Positions 9,767 to 21,731 of a stretch of DNA of 64,000 nucleotides are shown here, one piece after another. The notes under the pieces are model-generated. The model was given only the letters and a program-made list of their open reading frames with translations. It did no database searches and was not told the origin of the DNA. Each line of letters starts with the position of its first letter. The first letter of the stretch is position 1. Position numbers and translations under genes: made by a program. The stretch spans positions 1 through 64,000 of the forward strand of contig CAVXVG010000029.1 in assembly GCA_963765145.1 (NCBI GenBank), written 5' to 3'. The stretch comes from Parachlamydiales bacterium (GTDB lineage: Bacteria; Chlamydiota; Chlamydiia; Chlamydiales; JAJFMK01).

Positions 9767-12700
9767 ATGACAAGTATCCCTCCAAGCCTTATCCAAGCCT
9801 TCCCCTATCCAGAAACGCCATGGCGTGTCACTCCTGGTTTGGAGGATAGGACAGACTTAAAACCTTACGATTTGAATCATTCTTTCAAGCTTGCAGTAGT
9901 TTTGGGGACTGATCCTGATCTTGAACCGGTTAAAAAGTATTATTTTGCCGATAAACCAAAAGGCAAGGGAATCATACGGGTATATTATATTTATAACCCC
10001 TCCTCTTTAAAAGCGTTCGAGATGGGGATCAAAAGAATAGAGGTAGAGGCTAAAAACTCCGTCTTTCATCCTAAATGGTCTAGTGAAAAAGGGGCAGATG
10101 AGCGAGCAAAAGTCATTAGCTGTTGGAAAAATATAACAGATCTTTTTGAGAATATTCGACTCTCAGACAATGACCCTCTTCTGAGAGACGCAAAAGTGAT
10201 TCCTCTCTGGCATGGAAGTGATGTGAATAAATGCCTTTCTATTGCATCAGGGGGGTTTACATCATTTGGTAAACATCATTTTTTTAACCCGCAGACTCAA
10301 AAGAGCAACTTAAATACAGATTGTGGCTATTTTGGCAGCGGGATTTACTTTACTGACAGCGCTCGCTATGCGGCGATGTATAATCAAGAGCTCCTTTTGG
10401 CTTTTGGAGCGATGCGCCAACCCTATCCGGTCATCAACGATGTTCCTCATCCATCCATGGGTTCTGATATGAAGAAGCTCTCAACAGGACTTGGAGCCTT
10501 TGAGAACTACAATGCACACTTCGTTCCTGTCGCTTCGATTCGCCCAAACGACCCAAATTGCATGGAATACTACCCTTGCTACCAAGGCCAGCCTGCGACA
10601 TTCAACGAGTATGTTCTTTTTCAATCGGCTCAAACCATTGCCCGCTTTTGGGTTCAACTCGCTCCAGATGGTCCTTTGCCCGCATTATCTCTACAGTATT
10701 CTGCTGCAGAGTGTTACATTGCAGCAGAACAAGGAGATGAAAACCAGATCAAGAATTGGATTGTAGAGGATGCCTCGCGGCTTCGGAAACTCTATGAAGG
10801 GCGAGAAACGCTTTTTTACCCGGCTCTTGCAGGCAATCATCTTTCGCTCATGCAGTGGTTCCACAATCAAGATCCCGATGTAGTCAATTATTGTCGCGAT
10901 GACGGACGATCGCTCTCTTTCCAAGCTGTGCTAGCAGGCAAGCAGGAGATCCTCCACTGGCTGATGAGCGTCTCAACGAAGCCATATTCTGCGCATCAAT
11001 TTTCAAATGAAGCGCGCGCGTTTGGCTATTCTCCCCAAAAGATTCAGGCCTCCCTCCAAAGCGTAGGCTGGTCCAGTTGGACTATTCCTCCAAGGAATGT
11101 GCATTTTTCTGGAAGAGAAGATTTTCTATTGGAACTGGAAACAATGCTGCAAAGCATGCCTGCGACTACATTCGAGCAGGCTACTATTGTCGGACCTGGC
11201 GGGATTGGGAAATCTGCAATTGCCCTTGAATACACGCATCGCCATCAAGAGCGCTACACCTTCACCCTGTGGATCGATGCAAAGCGTACGTTGATCAAAG
11301 ATTTGAAAGCGCTTGGAAAGAACTTAGGGATCACCAACCAAAATACCCCTGAAGATGAGGCTCTCGCAAAGGTCATCGCTTATTTGGAGGAGCATCCCGG
11401 CTGGCTGCTTGTTTTTGATGAGGCAGAAAGCCCTGAAGGACTCAAACAGTATTTGCCGAAACGTGGAGGACACATCATCATCACTTCGCGTAACAACAAC
11501 GACTTCGGCGGAAAAGGGTTTTTTGTTGAGTTACTCCTTCTACAAGAATCTTACGAACTTTTTGAGACATTTACTCATCAAGATAACAAGGAAACTGAAG
11601 CGCTGCTTTTTGAGTTACAGGGTCATCCTCTTGCCATCACTCAAGCAGCCGCCTATATCAGCAAGACAGGCATCTCTTCTGCTGAGTACCTTGCCTCTTT
11701 CAAAAAAAACCGGCAAATTTTGCTTAACTCGCAGCCTTGTCCCGAAGACTACGGTTATAGCATCACCAATACTTTGCAGCTCTCAATTGAAATAGTAAAA
11801 AGTCGATCTCCAGAATCTCTTAAAATTCTTTCTTTAGCCCTCTTTCTAGCGCCTTACAACATTCCTATATCATTCTTTGGCTTTAACGACCTTGAAACCC
11901 TTCTTGAACCACTTTTTGAACAGTGCCTTCTCGCCCTAACATCTAGAGAAGAGTATGTCGTCTCTATTCATCCGCTCCTACAGAATATTCTTCGAGACCA
12001 ACTCTCTCTTGAGGAAATCAAATGGGTAATTAGTCAACAAAACGTCATCATTCGTGCATGGAGAAAATTTCAACCAGCCAATCCAGAAACTTGGGATCCA
12101 GCAAAAAAGCTACTTCCTCATGTAGAAGCCTTTTACAATCATTTAGAGGCCTTTGGGTATAAAAATGCAGATATTTTCGTGGAATTCAGGAAACTACTTC
12201 AGAATTGCCGATGCCAACTTGCCCAAGGCAATTCCGTTTTATATCAAAGCTCTTGATCATGAAAAACACATTCATACAAGGTGGAATTTACATGTAAAAG
12301 AAAAGACGTTTATCTTAGCAGATGCATATAATGAACATGGGGATTTTTAGAAAGCCATTCAAACTTTAGATGACGCACTTATAGTTTTAGATGAAGATAT
12401 TAGTTCAAAAAATGACAACTCATTCTTAATAAGAATGGAATTGAATATCGAAAAAATTATTGTTTTTAACAAATTCGGTGAAATCTATCTTAAACAGCTG
12501 AATTTTCAAAAAGCTGAAGAATATTTTAATCGGTCGCTAGATAGCCCAAGACAGTATCGAAGACAGCTATCCATCATCAAGGAGGATATCGCACCAAGAA
12601 AAGATGCCTCCCACTATCCTTGGGGTGAAGAGGTGGCAGATGGTTGGTATGGCCTTGGCAGAGTGTTAGCGTCTAAGGAAAATAAAGATCTTCCTGAGTC

Positions 12701-12839
12701 TATTAAATGCCTAAAAAAGGCGCTTGAGATTTATGGATATAACCAAGGTCTGAATTACAGAACCCAGGATCACCCAAACACTACAGCTGTCAGTAATCTG
12801 CTGAAAGAACTTGAACTTCAATCAACATTACAAGTTTAA
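9767..12839 (+). CDS. PARP-like ADP-ribosyltransferase + ankyrin + NB-ARC/STAND NTPase + TPR protein (reading frame broken near 12230-12350)
   Basis: [13 protein letters not shown] and NEYVLF; two ankyrin-like repeats; [16 protein letters not shown] and [16 protein letters not shown] fragments in ORFs 12153-12350 and 12435-12839. Confidence 0.75.
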
Positions 12840-13819
12840 AAACTAGAGTTCTCTAACTGCTCTTTGATGTGAATCAAAAAGGAGACCGCTTCCTTACCGT
12901 CAATGACTCTGTGATCATAACTTAAAGCCAAATACATCATGGGGCGTATCACAATCTGGTCATCCACCACAACGGCACGTTTCATAATCTTGTGCATCCC
13001 AAGGATAGCTGCCTGAGGCGGGTTCAAGATGGGAGTCGAAAGCATCGACCCAAAAATGCCACCGTTGGTGATGGTAAAACTTCCCCCTTTCAGATCATCG
13101 ACCGTCAGCCCCCCTTTTCGGGCTTTTTCAGCTAAACTTCCCAGCGCCTTTTCAATCTCTGCATACGACAACGTATCGCAATTTCTCACCACAGGCACAA
13201 CAAGGCCCCGATCTGTGCTAACAGCAATCGAGATGTCGTAGGTTAGCCTGGTGACCATGTCTTCTCCATCAATATAGGAGTTAACCCCAGGAAAAGCTTT
13301 TAAAGCCGACACAGCTGCTTTGACAAAAAACGACATGAAGCCCAGCTTCACGCCCTGCTTTTCCAAAAAGGCGGCCCCCTGCTCTTCTCGAATTTTCATG
13401 ATAGCCGTCATGTCCACTTCGTTAAAAGTGGTGAGCATGGCGGTTGTCTTAACCGCTTGTAGCATCCGTTCGGCAATCACCTGGCGGATCTTGGGCATCT
13501 TAGCTCTGGTGACCTTTTCTTCTTTTTTTGTCTCAACAGGTACGGCAGCTGGTTTTGGAGCTGGAGGGGGAGCTGCAGCTTCCTCTTTTCCATCCGAAAG
13601 GGTGGCAAGCGTTTGTCCCACTTCGACCGAATCCCCTACTTGAACCAAAAAATGGACCACACCATTTCCGGGAGAGTAGATCACATGGTTCACCTTGTCG
13701 GTTTCAAGCTCTAAAATCTCTTCGTCCGTTTTCACCGCATCGCCTTCTTTTTTGATGAAGTTAACAACGGTGGCCTGGCTGATCGATTCGCCCATTTGAG
13801 GCACTTTAATGTCTATCAT
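12836..13819 (-). CDS. sucB: Dihydrolipoamide succinyltransferase (E2)
   Basis: Lipoyl ETDKV motif; DHRVIDG. Confidence 0.95.
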   Translation of the reverse strand: MIDIKVPQMGESISQATVVNFIKKEGDAVKTDEEILELETDKVNHVIYSPGNGVVHFLVQVGDSVEVGQTLATLSDGKEEAAAPPPAPKPAAVPVETKKEEKVTRAKMPKIRQVIAERMLQAVKTTAMLTTFNEVDMTAIMKIREEQGAAFLEKQGVKLGFMSFFVKAAVSALKAFPGVNSYIDGEDMVTRLTYDISIAVSTDRGLVVPVVRNCDTLSYAEIEKALGSLAEKARKGGLTVDDLKGGSFTITNGGIFGSMLSTPILNPPQAAILGMHKIMKRAVVVDDQIVIRPMMYLALSYDHRVIDGKEAVSFLIHIKEQLENSSF

Positions 13820-16218
13820 GTGAAGCTCCAAAGCTGATTCAAGATCGCTTCCTCTTCTATCTCATGTAACTTGTGTGATCCGCAAGCAGGAGATGCATGC
13901 CGCGCTCTGCCCACATAGGTTAAATCGGGCATCTCGCCTTTAACATAGGTCCAAGCTCCCATGTTTTGGGGCTCTTCTTGGCACCAAACGACTCTTTTAA
14001 GCTGCGGGAAATTTTTGATGGCGGCCTCTATTTCTTCTTTAGGAAAGGGATAAAGTTGCTCAACTCTCAAAAATGCAAACCCCTCTTTTGGCTGAAGTTC
14101 GATAAAAAAACGGCCCGACAAAAGAACAAGGGTATGGATCGTCCCAGTTCCTTTATCCAGCAAAACCTTTTTAAATGATCCATTGACTAAATCGTCCAAC
14201 GTACTTGTTGCTTTTGGGTGTCTCAGCAAACCCTTTGGCGTCATCACCACAAGAGGTTTATTAGAAACAGCCTGTTCACGCAATAGGTGGTACAACTGGG
14301 CAGGTAAGGTGGGATAAACCACCCTAAAATTGTCTTCTGCTGCTAAAGCTAGGTATCTCTCTAAACGTCCGGAAGAGTGTTCAGGCCCCTGCCCTTCAAA
14401 GCCATGGGGTAAAAAAAGGACAAGAGACGAATATTGCCCCCACTTACTTTCTCCGGCAGACAAGTATTGGTCATACATCACTTGAGCACCGTTGGCAAAA
14501 TCGCCAAATTGGGCCTCCCAAATGACTAAAGTCTTTGGCGAAGCGACAGAATATCCATATTCAAAACCGACAGAGGCAAATTCGCTTAAAGGAGAGTTGA
14601 TCAGATCAAATCTTGGCTGTCTTTCGAACAGATGTTGAAGCGGAAAATAGGAATGGCCACTCTTTTGGTCGATCAGCCGGAGTTGCCGATGAGAAAAGGT
14701 CCCTCTCCCCACATCTTGACCGGTCAAGCGGATCGGCACCCCATTTTTGAGCAACGAGGCGTAGGTCAACATCTCAACCGTTCCCCAATCAAGCCCTTGC
14801 TCTTTTAGTACCGCCTCTCTTCTGTGTTGGTACCCTTGAGCAATTTTAGAATGGGCAAAAAAATCGGTTGGCAAAGTCGTCACAAAGATTGCCAATTCTT
14901 TTAGCTCTTCTTTGTTCAGGCTCTTCACTTGGGGCTTTATCTGCTTTTCACTAGTGGCTTGAGTTGTTTGCAAGCTATCAGAAGCTTCTAAAGTTTCAGA
15001 CAGCAGTTTTTTAAACTGTTCCTCTCCCTCTTTAGCTATTTCTGCAGACAGTTCTCCTGCTTCGATGAGCCGGTCGCGATAAAGCTCCCGCACACTTTTC
15101 CGGCTTCGGATCACCTGATACTCGACAGGCTGAGTGAAGGCAGGTTCATCCCCTTCGTTGTGTCCATATTTGCGATAGCAGACCAAATCGAGGAAAACAT
15201 CGATCCCAAACCGCTCTTTCACCTCTAAAGCAAGCCTTGTGGCCACGATCGCCTCTTCGGGGTGATCGCCATTGATGTGAAAGACGGGGCAACCAAACGC
15301 TTTTGCAATATCTGTGCAATAAGGAGTCGATCTTTCTTCCTCAGGCAATGTTGTAAAGCTGATTTGGTTATTAATAATCAAATGAATCGTGCCATGAACG
15401 GTGTAGCCAGGCAGATTAGAAAATTGCATCGTTTCATAAACAACCCCTTGACCAGCTAGAGCTCCATCTCCATGGATAATGATCGGCAAAACCGATGTTC
15501 CATTGTCGATTTTACCTCTGGAATAGCCCTCTAAAACAGGATAGACCGATTCCAAGTGGCTAGGATTTGGCAATAAAGTAATCCGATCAGTTTTGTAGCC
15601 AAGGTGGTATTTAACATCGCCTACCACCCCTTGTGGGACATAACCTTCATGAAATTCTTCGAAAATTTCGCTGTAACTTTTTTTGAGGATGTTAGAAAGG
15701 ACGTTCAATCGCCCGCGGTGGGCCATGCCAATAACGACCTCTTTCTCCCCGCTTTTGACCAACTCTTTCATCATCGGGATCAACGTTTCGGCCCCTTCAA
15801 GAGAGAACCGCTTTTGCCCGGGAAATTTGACATGAAGAAACGTTTCAAACAGCTCCGATTCATTCAAAGCATCGAGCAGCGCTTTTTTTTCTTCTGTCGT
15901 TAATGCGTTGCTAAATCCTTTGCTTTCGATTTTCTCAATCAGAAAGGCCTCCACTTCGGGAGGGACTAACCCAGAAAATTCAACCCCGACAAACCCTGAA
16001 TAGAGTGGTCCTAGCCGTGAATCGAGCGGAGGATGCTGCTTTTGTGGGTGGATGGGACTTAACGTGGCCCACTGATGGCCAAAACGTCTGTAAGTCTCTT
16101 CAATAGATGAGGCCAAAGGCTTTGAAAGTGCCGGCTCTTGAAAGACATGCTCTTCGAGGTAACGAAGGTTTTGAAAGCCCAACTGTTCATAAGGAAAGAC
16201 TTCATCCATGGCCGACAA
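13816..16218 (-). CDS. sucA: 2-oxoglutarate dehydrogenase E1
   Basis: [22 protein letters not shown] and GPEHSS motifs. Confidence 0.95.
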   Translation of the reverse strand: MSAMDEVFPYEQLGFQNLRYLEEHVFQEPALSKPLASSIEETYRRFGHQWATLSPIHPQKQHPPLDSRLGPLYSGFVGVEFSGLVPPEVEAFLIEKIESKGFSNALTTEEKKALLDALNESELFETFLHVKFPGQKRFSLEGAETLIPMMKELVKSGEKEVVIGMAHRGRLNVLSNILKKSYSEIFEEFHEGYVPQGVVGDVKYHLGYKTDRITLLPNPSHLESVYPVLEGYSRGKIDNGTSVLPIIIHGDGALAGQGVVYETMQFSNLPGYTVHGTIHLIINNQISFTTLPEEERSTPYCTDIAKAFGCPVFHINGDHPEEAIVATRLALEVKERFGIDVFLDLVCYRKYGHNEGDEPAFTQPVEYQVIRSRKSVRELYRDRLIEAGELSAEIAKEGEEQFKKLLSETLEASDSLQTTQATSEKQIKPQVKSLNKEELKELAIFVTTLPTDFFAHSKIAQGYQHRREAVLKEQGLDWGTVEMLTYASLLKNGVPIRLTGQDVGRGTFSHRQLRLIDQKSGHSYFPLQHLFERQPRFDLINSPLSEFASVGFEYGYSVASPKTLVIWEAQFGDFANGAQVMYDQYLSAGESKWGQYSSLVLFLPHGFEGQGPEHSSGRLERYLALAAEDNFRVVYPTLPAQLYHLLREQAVSNKPLVVMTPKGLLRHPKATSTLDDLVNGSFKKVLLDKGTGTIHTLVLLSGRFFIELQPKEGFAFLRVEQLYPFPKEEIEAAIKNFPQLKRVVWCQEEPQNMGAWTYVKGEMPDLTYVGRARHASPACGSHKLHEIEEEAILNQLWSFT

Positions 16219-17038
16219 GTCGGGTTAATGCTTTCTCGATCGTCGGATCTCTAAAAACATATCCGCTACTTTGCAGTTTAGTGGGTACCACACGAGCACT
16301 AGATAAAAGAAGCTCATCTGCCATTTGACCCATCACAGCCTCTAAAGCCCATTTGGGTGCAGGAAAAAAATGAGGCCTGTTCAAAACATTGGCTAAAGTC
16401 TCTGTAAACGTCTTTGACATAACAGGCTCAGGCGCAACAAAGTTGACAGGGCCTTTAATGTCGTTGTTTTCTAATAGATGGTCGATCGCCCCTTTGATGT
16501 CACATAAGGTGATCCAGCTCATCCATTGTGTACCATCACCAATGGGGCCGCCAAGCCCGAGTTTAAAGGGGATCAGCATCTTTCTAAGGGCTCCCCCATC
16601 GGGGGTGATGACGCTGCCAAAACGGGAGAAAACAATCCTGCAGGGGGCTTTTGCCGCCTTTTCCCAAGCAGAGCAGACAGCAGAAAGGAAAAGGTTACCT
16701 TGAGAGGAGCTTTCGTCGAGGACCTCGTCTCCCCTATCGCCGTAATAACCGACAGCTGAGGCATTGATCCAAAGCTTAGGGGGGTTTTTGATAGTGGCAA
16801 GCTCGTTAGACACCCTTTCGGTCTCTATCACTCGGGATTGAAGAATTCTGTCCTTTTTACCGGCAGTCCATCGGCCAAAAATGTTTTCGCCGGCCAAATT
16901 GACTAATAGATCAAGGTCTTCAAGTTGAGAAGGTTGTACTTCTCGAGGCGGCAGAATAATGGTATGCCCTTCATCTTGCCATCGTCTTTTTAGGTAGGAG
17001 CCTATCAGACCGCTACCCCCTACTATCGCCACTCTCAT
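16202..17038 (-). CDS. TIGR01777-family NAD-dependent epimerase/oxidoreductase
   Basis: GGSGLIG, NLAGE, SAVGYYG and GDGTQWMSWI. Confidence 0.9.
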   Translation of the reverse strand: MRVAIVGGSGLIGSYLKRRWQDEGHTIILPPREVQPSQLEDLDLLVNLAGENIFGRWTAGKKDRILQSRVIETERVSNELATIKNPPKLWINASAVGYYGDRGDEVLDESSSQGNLFLSAVCSAWEKAAKAPCRIVFSRFGSVITPDGGALRKMLIPFKLGLGGPIGDGTQWMSWITLCDIKGAIDHLLENNDIKGPVNFVAPEPVMSKTFTETLANVLNRPHFFPAPKWALEAVMGQMADELLLSSARVVPTKLQSSGYVFRDPTIEKALTRLVGHG

Positions 17039-17094
17039 ATTTTGATCTATAATCTCTCATTGATTTTTAACGACAGTTTATTTAAAATATTACT

Positions 17095-17751
17095 ATGACA
17101 TCTTTACTTTCTTACCTATATCCACACTCTATAGCTCAAGCCTTTAACGGCCCCGAAATGGAGCAGGCTCGAGTCGCCTATAAGGCGACATCCCCCTCTA
17201 TACCTAAACAGGTTATGGATGGTGTTACCGACGGCGTGAAAGATTTTGCACGCGGCCTATTTATCAGCTTGGCAGTCTCGCAGGCAATGAAGCGGATCTT
17301 TGACACGAAAGTTCCGGAAGGGGCAAAACCTTTACCGATATCAAGGCTTGTAATCACATCCATTGCTGAAGAGCTGATCTTCCGTGGTCTTCTCCAAAAC
17401 GGCATCGGTCTTTTACAGACCTTTGCCAAGGACAATATCGAAGAGCGTTTTAAAGAAGACTTTGCATTCCAAGTTCTGACTTCGCCCTCTTTTCGAGTGA
17501 TTTTGACCCAAATTTTCTTCGTGGCAGCTCATTATCTTATGAACTCAAGAAAGAACATGAGCCAAGCTGAAAGGGCAACACAAGTTGTTTACACTCTATT
17601 GCACCCAATGTATTCGATTGCTTATGAACAAACCGGCAGCTTACCCAACGTCATCTCCGCCTACACCACTCGGAACTTACTCGTCCCCGTCATCAGTGCT
17701 GCGCTTGTTGCCTTAAACAACAAAATCCCCAAATTCCCCAAACCGGCCTAA
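17095..17751 (+). CDS. CPBP/Abi (CAAX protease-like) membrane protein, divergent
   Basis: EELIFRG and FVAAHY motifs. Confidence 0.6.
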   Translation: MTSLLSYLYPHSIAQAFNGPEMEQARVAYKATSPSIPKQVMDGVTDGVKDFARGLFISLAVSQAMKRIFDTKVPEGAKPLPISRLVITSIAEELIFRGLLQNGIGLLQTFAKDNIEERFKEDFAFQVLTSPSFRVILTQIFFVAAHYLMNSRKNMSQAERATQVVYTLLHPMYSIAYEQTGSLPNVISAYTTRNLLVPVISAALVALNNKIPKFPKPA

Positions 17752-17759
17752 CAACATAA

Positions 17760-17864
17760 TGTAGCTTAGGCTTTAGCCTGAGTTCGTTTTTGCGGGTTTT
17801 AACCCGCAACCGTGAGCAGGACTAAAGTCCTGCAAAACGAACTCAGGCTAAAGCCTAAGCTACA
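17760..17864. repeat. Free REPIN C (GTAG-type inverted REP pair)
   Basis: tgtagcttaggctttagcctgagttcgtttt...aaaacgaactcaggctaaagcctaagctaca with inner hairpins gcgggttttaacccgc and gcaggactaaagtcctgc. Confidence 0.9.
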
Positions 17865-18381
17865 TTTTATTGGAAAACCTCTCATCGACATAGTCTTTTA
17901 ACAGCTGAGATAGCTTGGGCGCATTATCCAAGATAGAGGCTGTTGTATTTTCATCGGCGTTATCAGAGACAATTTTGATCAGGCGGCAAGGAATATTGTT
18001 TGCCAAGGCAATTTCAGCAATCACATGCCCTTCCATATCAACCAGATCCCATTTATGGGCTAAAAGATCGCGAAGCGTCGGGTCATGCAGCGGGGCATCG
18101 AAGGTAATAAGCCTTTTCCCTTCCCCGTGCAGCTTGTGGTGTCCTTCTTGCTCGTGCCTTCCTACAACACTCACCGTGTAGATCGAACCAAAGGGAAGCT
18201 TTTTGTCCATTGCCCCGGCAAAGCCAATGTTCCAAATTTCATCGTAGCCGGCCAGAACCTTAGCAGTCAGTGTTTCCCTCACTTTATTTGGCCCCATTCC
18301 TGTGATAAAAATATCGGAAGAGGCCTCAAACGCTTGAGCTTCAAGGTAGGTAGCAAAAACAAATAGTATTTTAGATAACAT
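17860..18381 (-). CDS. MTA/SAH-nucleosidase-like (futalosine pathway, CT263-like) phosphorylase-family protein
   Basis: TGMG, WNIGFAG, VDMEG and KIVSD motifs. Confidence 0.7.
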   Translation of the reverse strand: MLSKILFVFATYLEAQAFEASSDIFITGMGPNKVRETLTAKVLAGYDEIWNIGFAGAMDKKLPFGSIYTVSVVGRHEQEGHHKLHGEGKRLITFDAPLHDPTLRDLLAHKWDLVDMEGHVIAEIALANNIPCRLIKIVSDNADENTTASILDNAPKLSQLLKDYVDERFSNKM

Positions 18382-18400
18382 GGCAGAAATCTACCTTCAA

Positions 18401-19597
18401 TTACAGCTTCTGATCAATGGTAAAGGTGGATGTTGACCCATCGAAAGGGATCCGAACTTCAGCGTGATAAGTTGGACTAGCTGCTATGCCGCTTGTATCC
18501 ATATCTACCCATTCAATTTGTTGAATCTGTTTAATGCGGATCGCTTTTTCTTTGCCTAAAACCGACACTAGCGACTCCCCTTGAGTCTGACCTTCCTCCG
18601 TCTCGCTTTTGGGAAGTCTTGTATGATATGTACCCCCATCTTCTGATGCGCGTTTAAGCACTTCAAATGCAACGGCATTAAACGAAAGCCACGGAAGGGT
18701 ATTGGCCATGATGGCTGCAATTTCATCTGACGAAAGCTCTGGATGTACAGCAATCATCTCTTTTTTAAGTTCATTTAGAAAGAACCTGCAAATAAAGCCG
18801 TTTAGGTCTTTATCATCATTAAAAGTGAGTGTTTCGCTTTGTTCAGGCAGATTGGGATACTCAGAGCGAAGGTCGTTGTAGGCACTATCAAAATCTACAA
18901 AATTCATAAACTTCTTCAAGCCCTCAAGGGCAATAGAGGCCTTTCCAGACTTATCGCTAGCGATTTCTAAGCTAGAAACACTTCGAACCTGCTCGTCATC
19001 AAACGCGTCTAAGACAACATTAAGGGCAGAAAATCGATTCGGAATGTCCTTGTTTGTCTCGATATCAAACAGCTTTCCATCAATGGATACCGGTATTTTC
19101 ATCCCAAGTGTTAGGTTTTCTATCGCAAGATTTGTAGGCGAAATCAGTTTTGGAGAAGAACTCGTTCCAGCCGTTTTCCGCAGAGTGTGTAAGATTTCAT
19201 GGACATGGCTTGAAGTCGCTGCAAATTGCCGTTTGGTGGCTGCATCTCCAGATTCGATCAACCGGTGCCTTAGAATCCCTTTTTGGATACTTTCAAGAGC
19301 ATGTTCTATAAAGGAAAAGTTGTCCTTTGCAATGGTAGGGTCACTTTGTAAAGCGCTTTCCAGTTGATCCATTTCGGCGGTCACATAGCTTGTAAGAAGT
19401 TCCGCTTGTTTTTGCGTTGTTCCTGTATACCAGTCTTTCCACGAAAAATAGGTCGAAACCAGCGTTGTAATGACTCCGGCATACTCAGGAGCTGGCGAGG
19501 ATTTCCTTTCCCCTTCAAGCTCCAAAATATCATTAGGCCCTATGCTACTCATGAAATTTAGAGCCCCTCTTACCTCATCAAAACCGCTAGTCGACAT
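18401..19597 (-). CDS. Hypothetical protein (candidate effector)
   Basis: 398-aa ORF, no family recognised. Confidence 0.6.
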   Translation of the reverse strand: MSTSGFDEVRGALNFMSSIGPNDILELEGERKSSPAPEYAGVITTLVSTYFSWKDWYTGTTQKQAELLTSYVTAEMDQLESALQSDPTIAKDNFSFIEHALESIQKGILRHRLIESGDAATKRQFAATSSHVHEILHTLRKTAGTSSSPKLISPTNLAIENLTLGMKIPVSIDGKLFDIETNKDIPNRFSALNVVLDAFDDEQVRSVSSLEIASDKSGKASIALEGLKKFMNFVDFDSAYNDLRSEYPNLPEQSETLTFNDDKDLNGFICRFFLNELKKEMIAVHPELSSDEIAAIMANTLPWLSFNAVAFEVLKRASEDGGTYHTRLPKSETEEGQTQGESLVSVLGKEKAIRIKQIQQIEWVDMDTSGIAASPTYHAEVRIPFDGSTSTFTIDQKL

Positions 19598-19680
19598 AAC
19601 AACCCCGTTTCCCTCAGTCTGCCTCTGATAAATTAAGCGTGTATGAGTAAATGGTTAATTTTCGAAATATGCTGCCTTAG

Positions 19681-19700
19681 TTTCGCGCTAGCGTTTGGAG
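19681..19700. repeat. Single truncated arm of REPIN A
   Basis: tttcgcgctagcgtttggag is identical to the start of the A copy at 31892 and stops at the IS110 core position. Confidence 0.65.
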
Positions 19701-19707
19701 CTCTCTA

Positions 19708-21582
19708 CTAGACAGGCTTTAACCGTTCTTCTACCTGCTGCTTGTAAGCAATGCCTGCCTCAATTTTGCGTAGGACCTGAAGGTGGCCGATAGGTGAATC
19801 TTCTCTAAGTAGGGTTTGGACGAAAGCTTCCCTCTCCTCTTCCGTTCTAAGAGCCATAAAATGGTTGTTTAACCAGGTGACGGTCCTGTCGACTAAAGAG
19901 GGCGCTCGAAAAAAGTCTGCTATGGAAAGGATGTAGATCGCTTCATCTGCATCTGTAAAGGTCAAAAATGGATTGGCAAGACACGCAATCAAATCTGCAA
20001 TCGATTGACTATCAGCACCATTTATCGCTTTCGCTTGCCGTTTTCCAGAAAAAGATCCTGAGAAAACATCTGAATAGTCTACAAGAAGCTTTTGTTCAAG
20101 AGCAGAAAGGGTAACACTTCCCGTTTCCTCTCCTAATGTGCATCCAATTGTTCGTCTTTGCGCCGTCAGCTCATCCCATGTGATATCTTTTGAGCCATTG
20201 AGAAGCGCCATTGCCAATGATGGAGATAACACCACTTTTTTCCTTTCATGGGAAATCTCTATCAACTCCCCTTTTACTTCTTTCCTTTTTACCCATTGAC
20301 GGAGAGCATAAGCGATCAACAGCCTGGGATTTTCTTTCTCATCTTCACTCAATGTTTTGGTAGCAACTAAAAACAACTCTGTCATGGTCCGTAGAGAAAA
20401 CTCGAAAAAAATCCGCTCCGTTGGATTGAATCGTTCTACTAATTTACTTAATGTTTTTGCTAGTTTGGCAAATGATTTCGTAGCTTGTTCTTCAGAAAAG
20501 ATCAGATCGTCTCTAGCCAATAGGTATAATTCATACGTCTCCTTCCATGAAAATGTCTGTAACCAGAGGTCTGGTAAATAAATTTTTAAAGATAGAAATG
20601 CCTTAAATGCATCGGCCAACTGCTTCTGTGACATCTTATCTTCTTCAAATCGAAAAATTACAATAAATAAAAAACAGGCAATTAACCCTCTAAATTGAGG
20701 GTGGTTTGCAGCAAAGTCCTGTAAATTGCGTGGCTGCAGTTGTTGTTTATTAGAAGGGGTCTCATTTATCCACAGTTTATGCAAATAAGGCAACAAACCC
20801 CCATCGTCGTGGTCACAATACACTTTAAACGCTTCAAGATTGGCGCTTTGTTTTATTCCAATCAAACTGTCGATCAAACCTTTGCCTACTGCTACAATGA
20901 CCCACGTATGAAGAGGAGAGTTTTCCTTTATAATAGAAGGATAAACATCAAAAAACACGTTTAGAACAGAAGGATTTTCATTTAATTTTATGACGATATC
21001 GAGCGGCAACTGCTCGTAGCCAGTGTTAAAAAATGCATCTTTAAAAGTATCAAAAAAAGCCTGCATAAGGGTTAACGAGCAGCTTTTTCTCTCAAAAAAA
21101 ACGGCTATAGGCCCAAGCCACTCCCTAAACGAAGAAGGGCCCGCTTCATGAATGGCTAACAAATCGGCAGGTGTCAATGATTCATGCGTTAAAAGAGGTC
21201 TTAGTGCCTCAACAGCTGATCTTTGCGGAGGAATAGGACTTTGTCGAACAACAAGAGAAAGACTATACCGCAATAGATTTTCAGGACCTGTTCTGCATAG
21301 AGAAAGTAGTTTTGCAGAGATGCGGTCCACATCAGCACTTTTCATAAGAGCTTCAACTTCTGCATAGTCGGGATCAAAATTATAACGATAGAAGGTTGCT
21401 ATTCTTGATACAGCTTGAGAGGCTACACGAGTCACCCACCGCGGCATATGCCTCGAGCTTTCCGTTTGACTTGGTAACGCCCTTGCAGCAATGGCTTGCG
21501 TCTCTCTGCGATCAGCTACTACTCTATTTCCCCCACTCCCTGAAGATGGATGAGGCACAGTGGTCACTAACGCTACGCTCAC
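19708..21582 (-). CDS. C-terminal BTB/POZ-domain effector-like protein (divergent paralog 3)
   Basis: LLVDYSDVFSGSF...IADLIACL...ILSIADFFRAPSLVDRTVTWL; homologous to 23282-25111 and 25409-27586. Confidence 0.7.
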   Translation of the reverse strand: MSVALVTTVPHPSSGSGGNRVVADRRETQAIAARALPSQTESSRHMPRWVTRVASQAVSRIATFYRYNFDPDYAEVEALMKSADVDRISAKLLSLCRTGPENLLRYSLSLVVRQSPIPPQRSAVEALRPLLTHESLTPADLLAIHEAGPSSFREWLGPIAVFFERKSCSLTLMQAFFDTFKDAFFNTGYEQLPLDIVIKLNENPSVLNVFFDVYPSIIKENSPLHTWVIVAVGKGLIDSLIGIKQSANLEAFKVYCDHDDGGLLPYLHKLWINETPSNKQQLQPRNLQDFAANHPQFRGLIACFLFIVIFRFEEDKMSQKQLADAFKAFLSLKIYLPDLWLQTFSWKETYELYLLARDDLIFSEEQATKSFAKLAKTLSKLVERFNPTERIFFEFSLRTMTELFLVATKTLSEDEKENPRLLIAYALRQWVKRKEVKGELIEISHERKKVVLSPSLAMALLNGSKDITWDELTAQRRTIGCTLGEETGSVTLSALEQKLLVDYSDVFSGSFSGKRQAKAINGADSQSIADLIACLANPFLTFTDADEAIYILSIADFFRAPSLVDRTVTWLNNHFMALRTEEEREAFVQTLLREDSPIGHLQVLRKIEAGIAYKQQVEERLKPV

Positions 21583-21671
21583 AGACTCTATTCTCCTTTA
21601 GAGAAGAGATTATAGAATAAAAACCTTTTAACCTTAACGTATTATCGTCAAAAGCTGACTGCTTACGCTAA

Positions 21672-21731
21672 GTAGTTTTTATTGCGGGTTAAAACCCGCA
21701 ATAACGAGCTCGAGGTTAAGCCTAAGCCGTA
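21672..21731. repeat. Degenerate REPIN C remnant
   Basis: ttgcgggttaaaacccgcaa hairpin, acgagctc and aagcctaagc. Confidence 0.6.
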
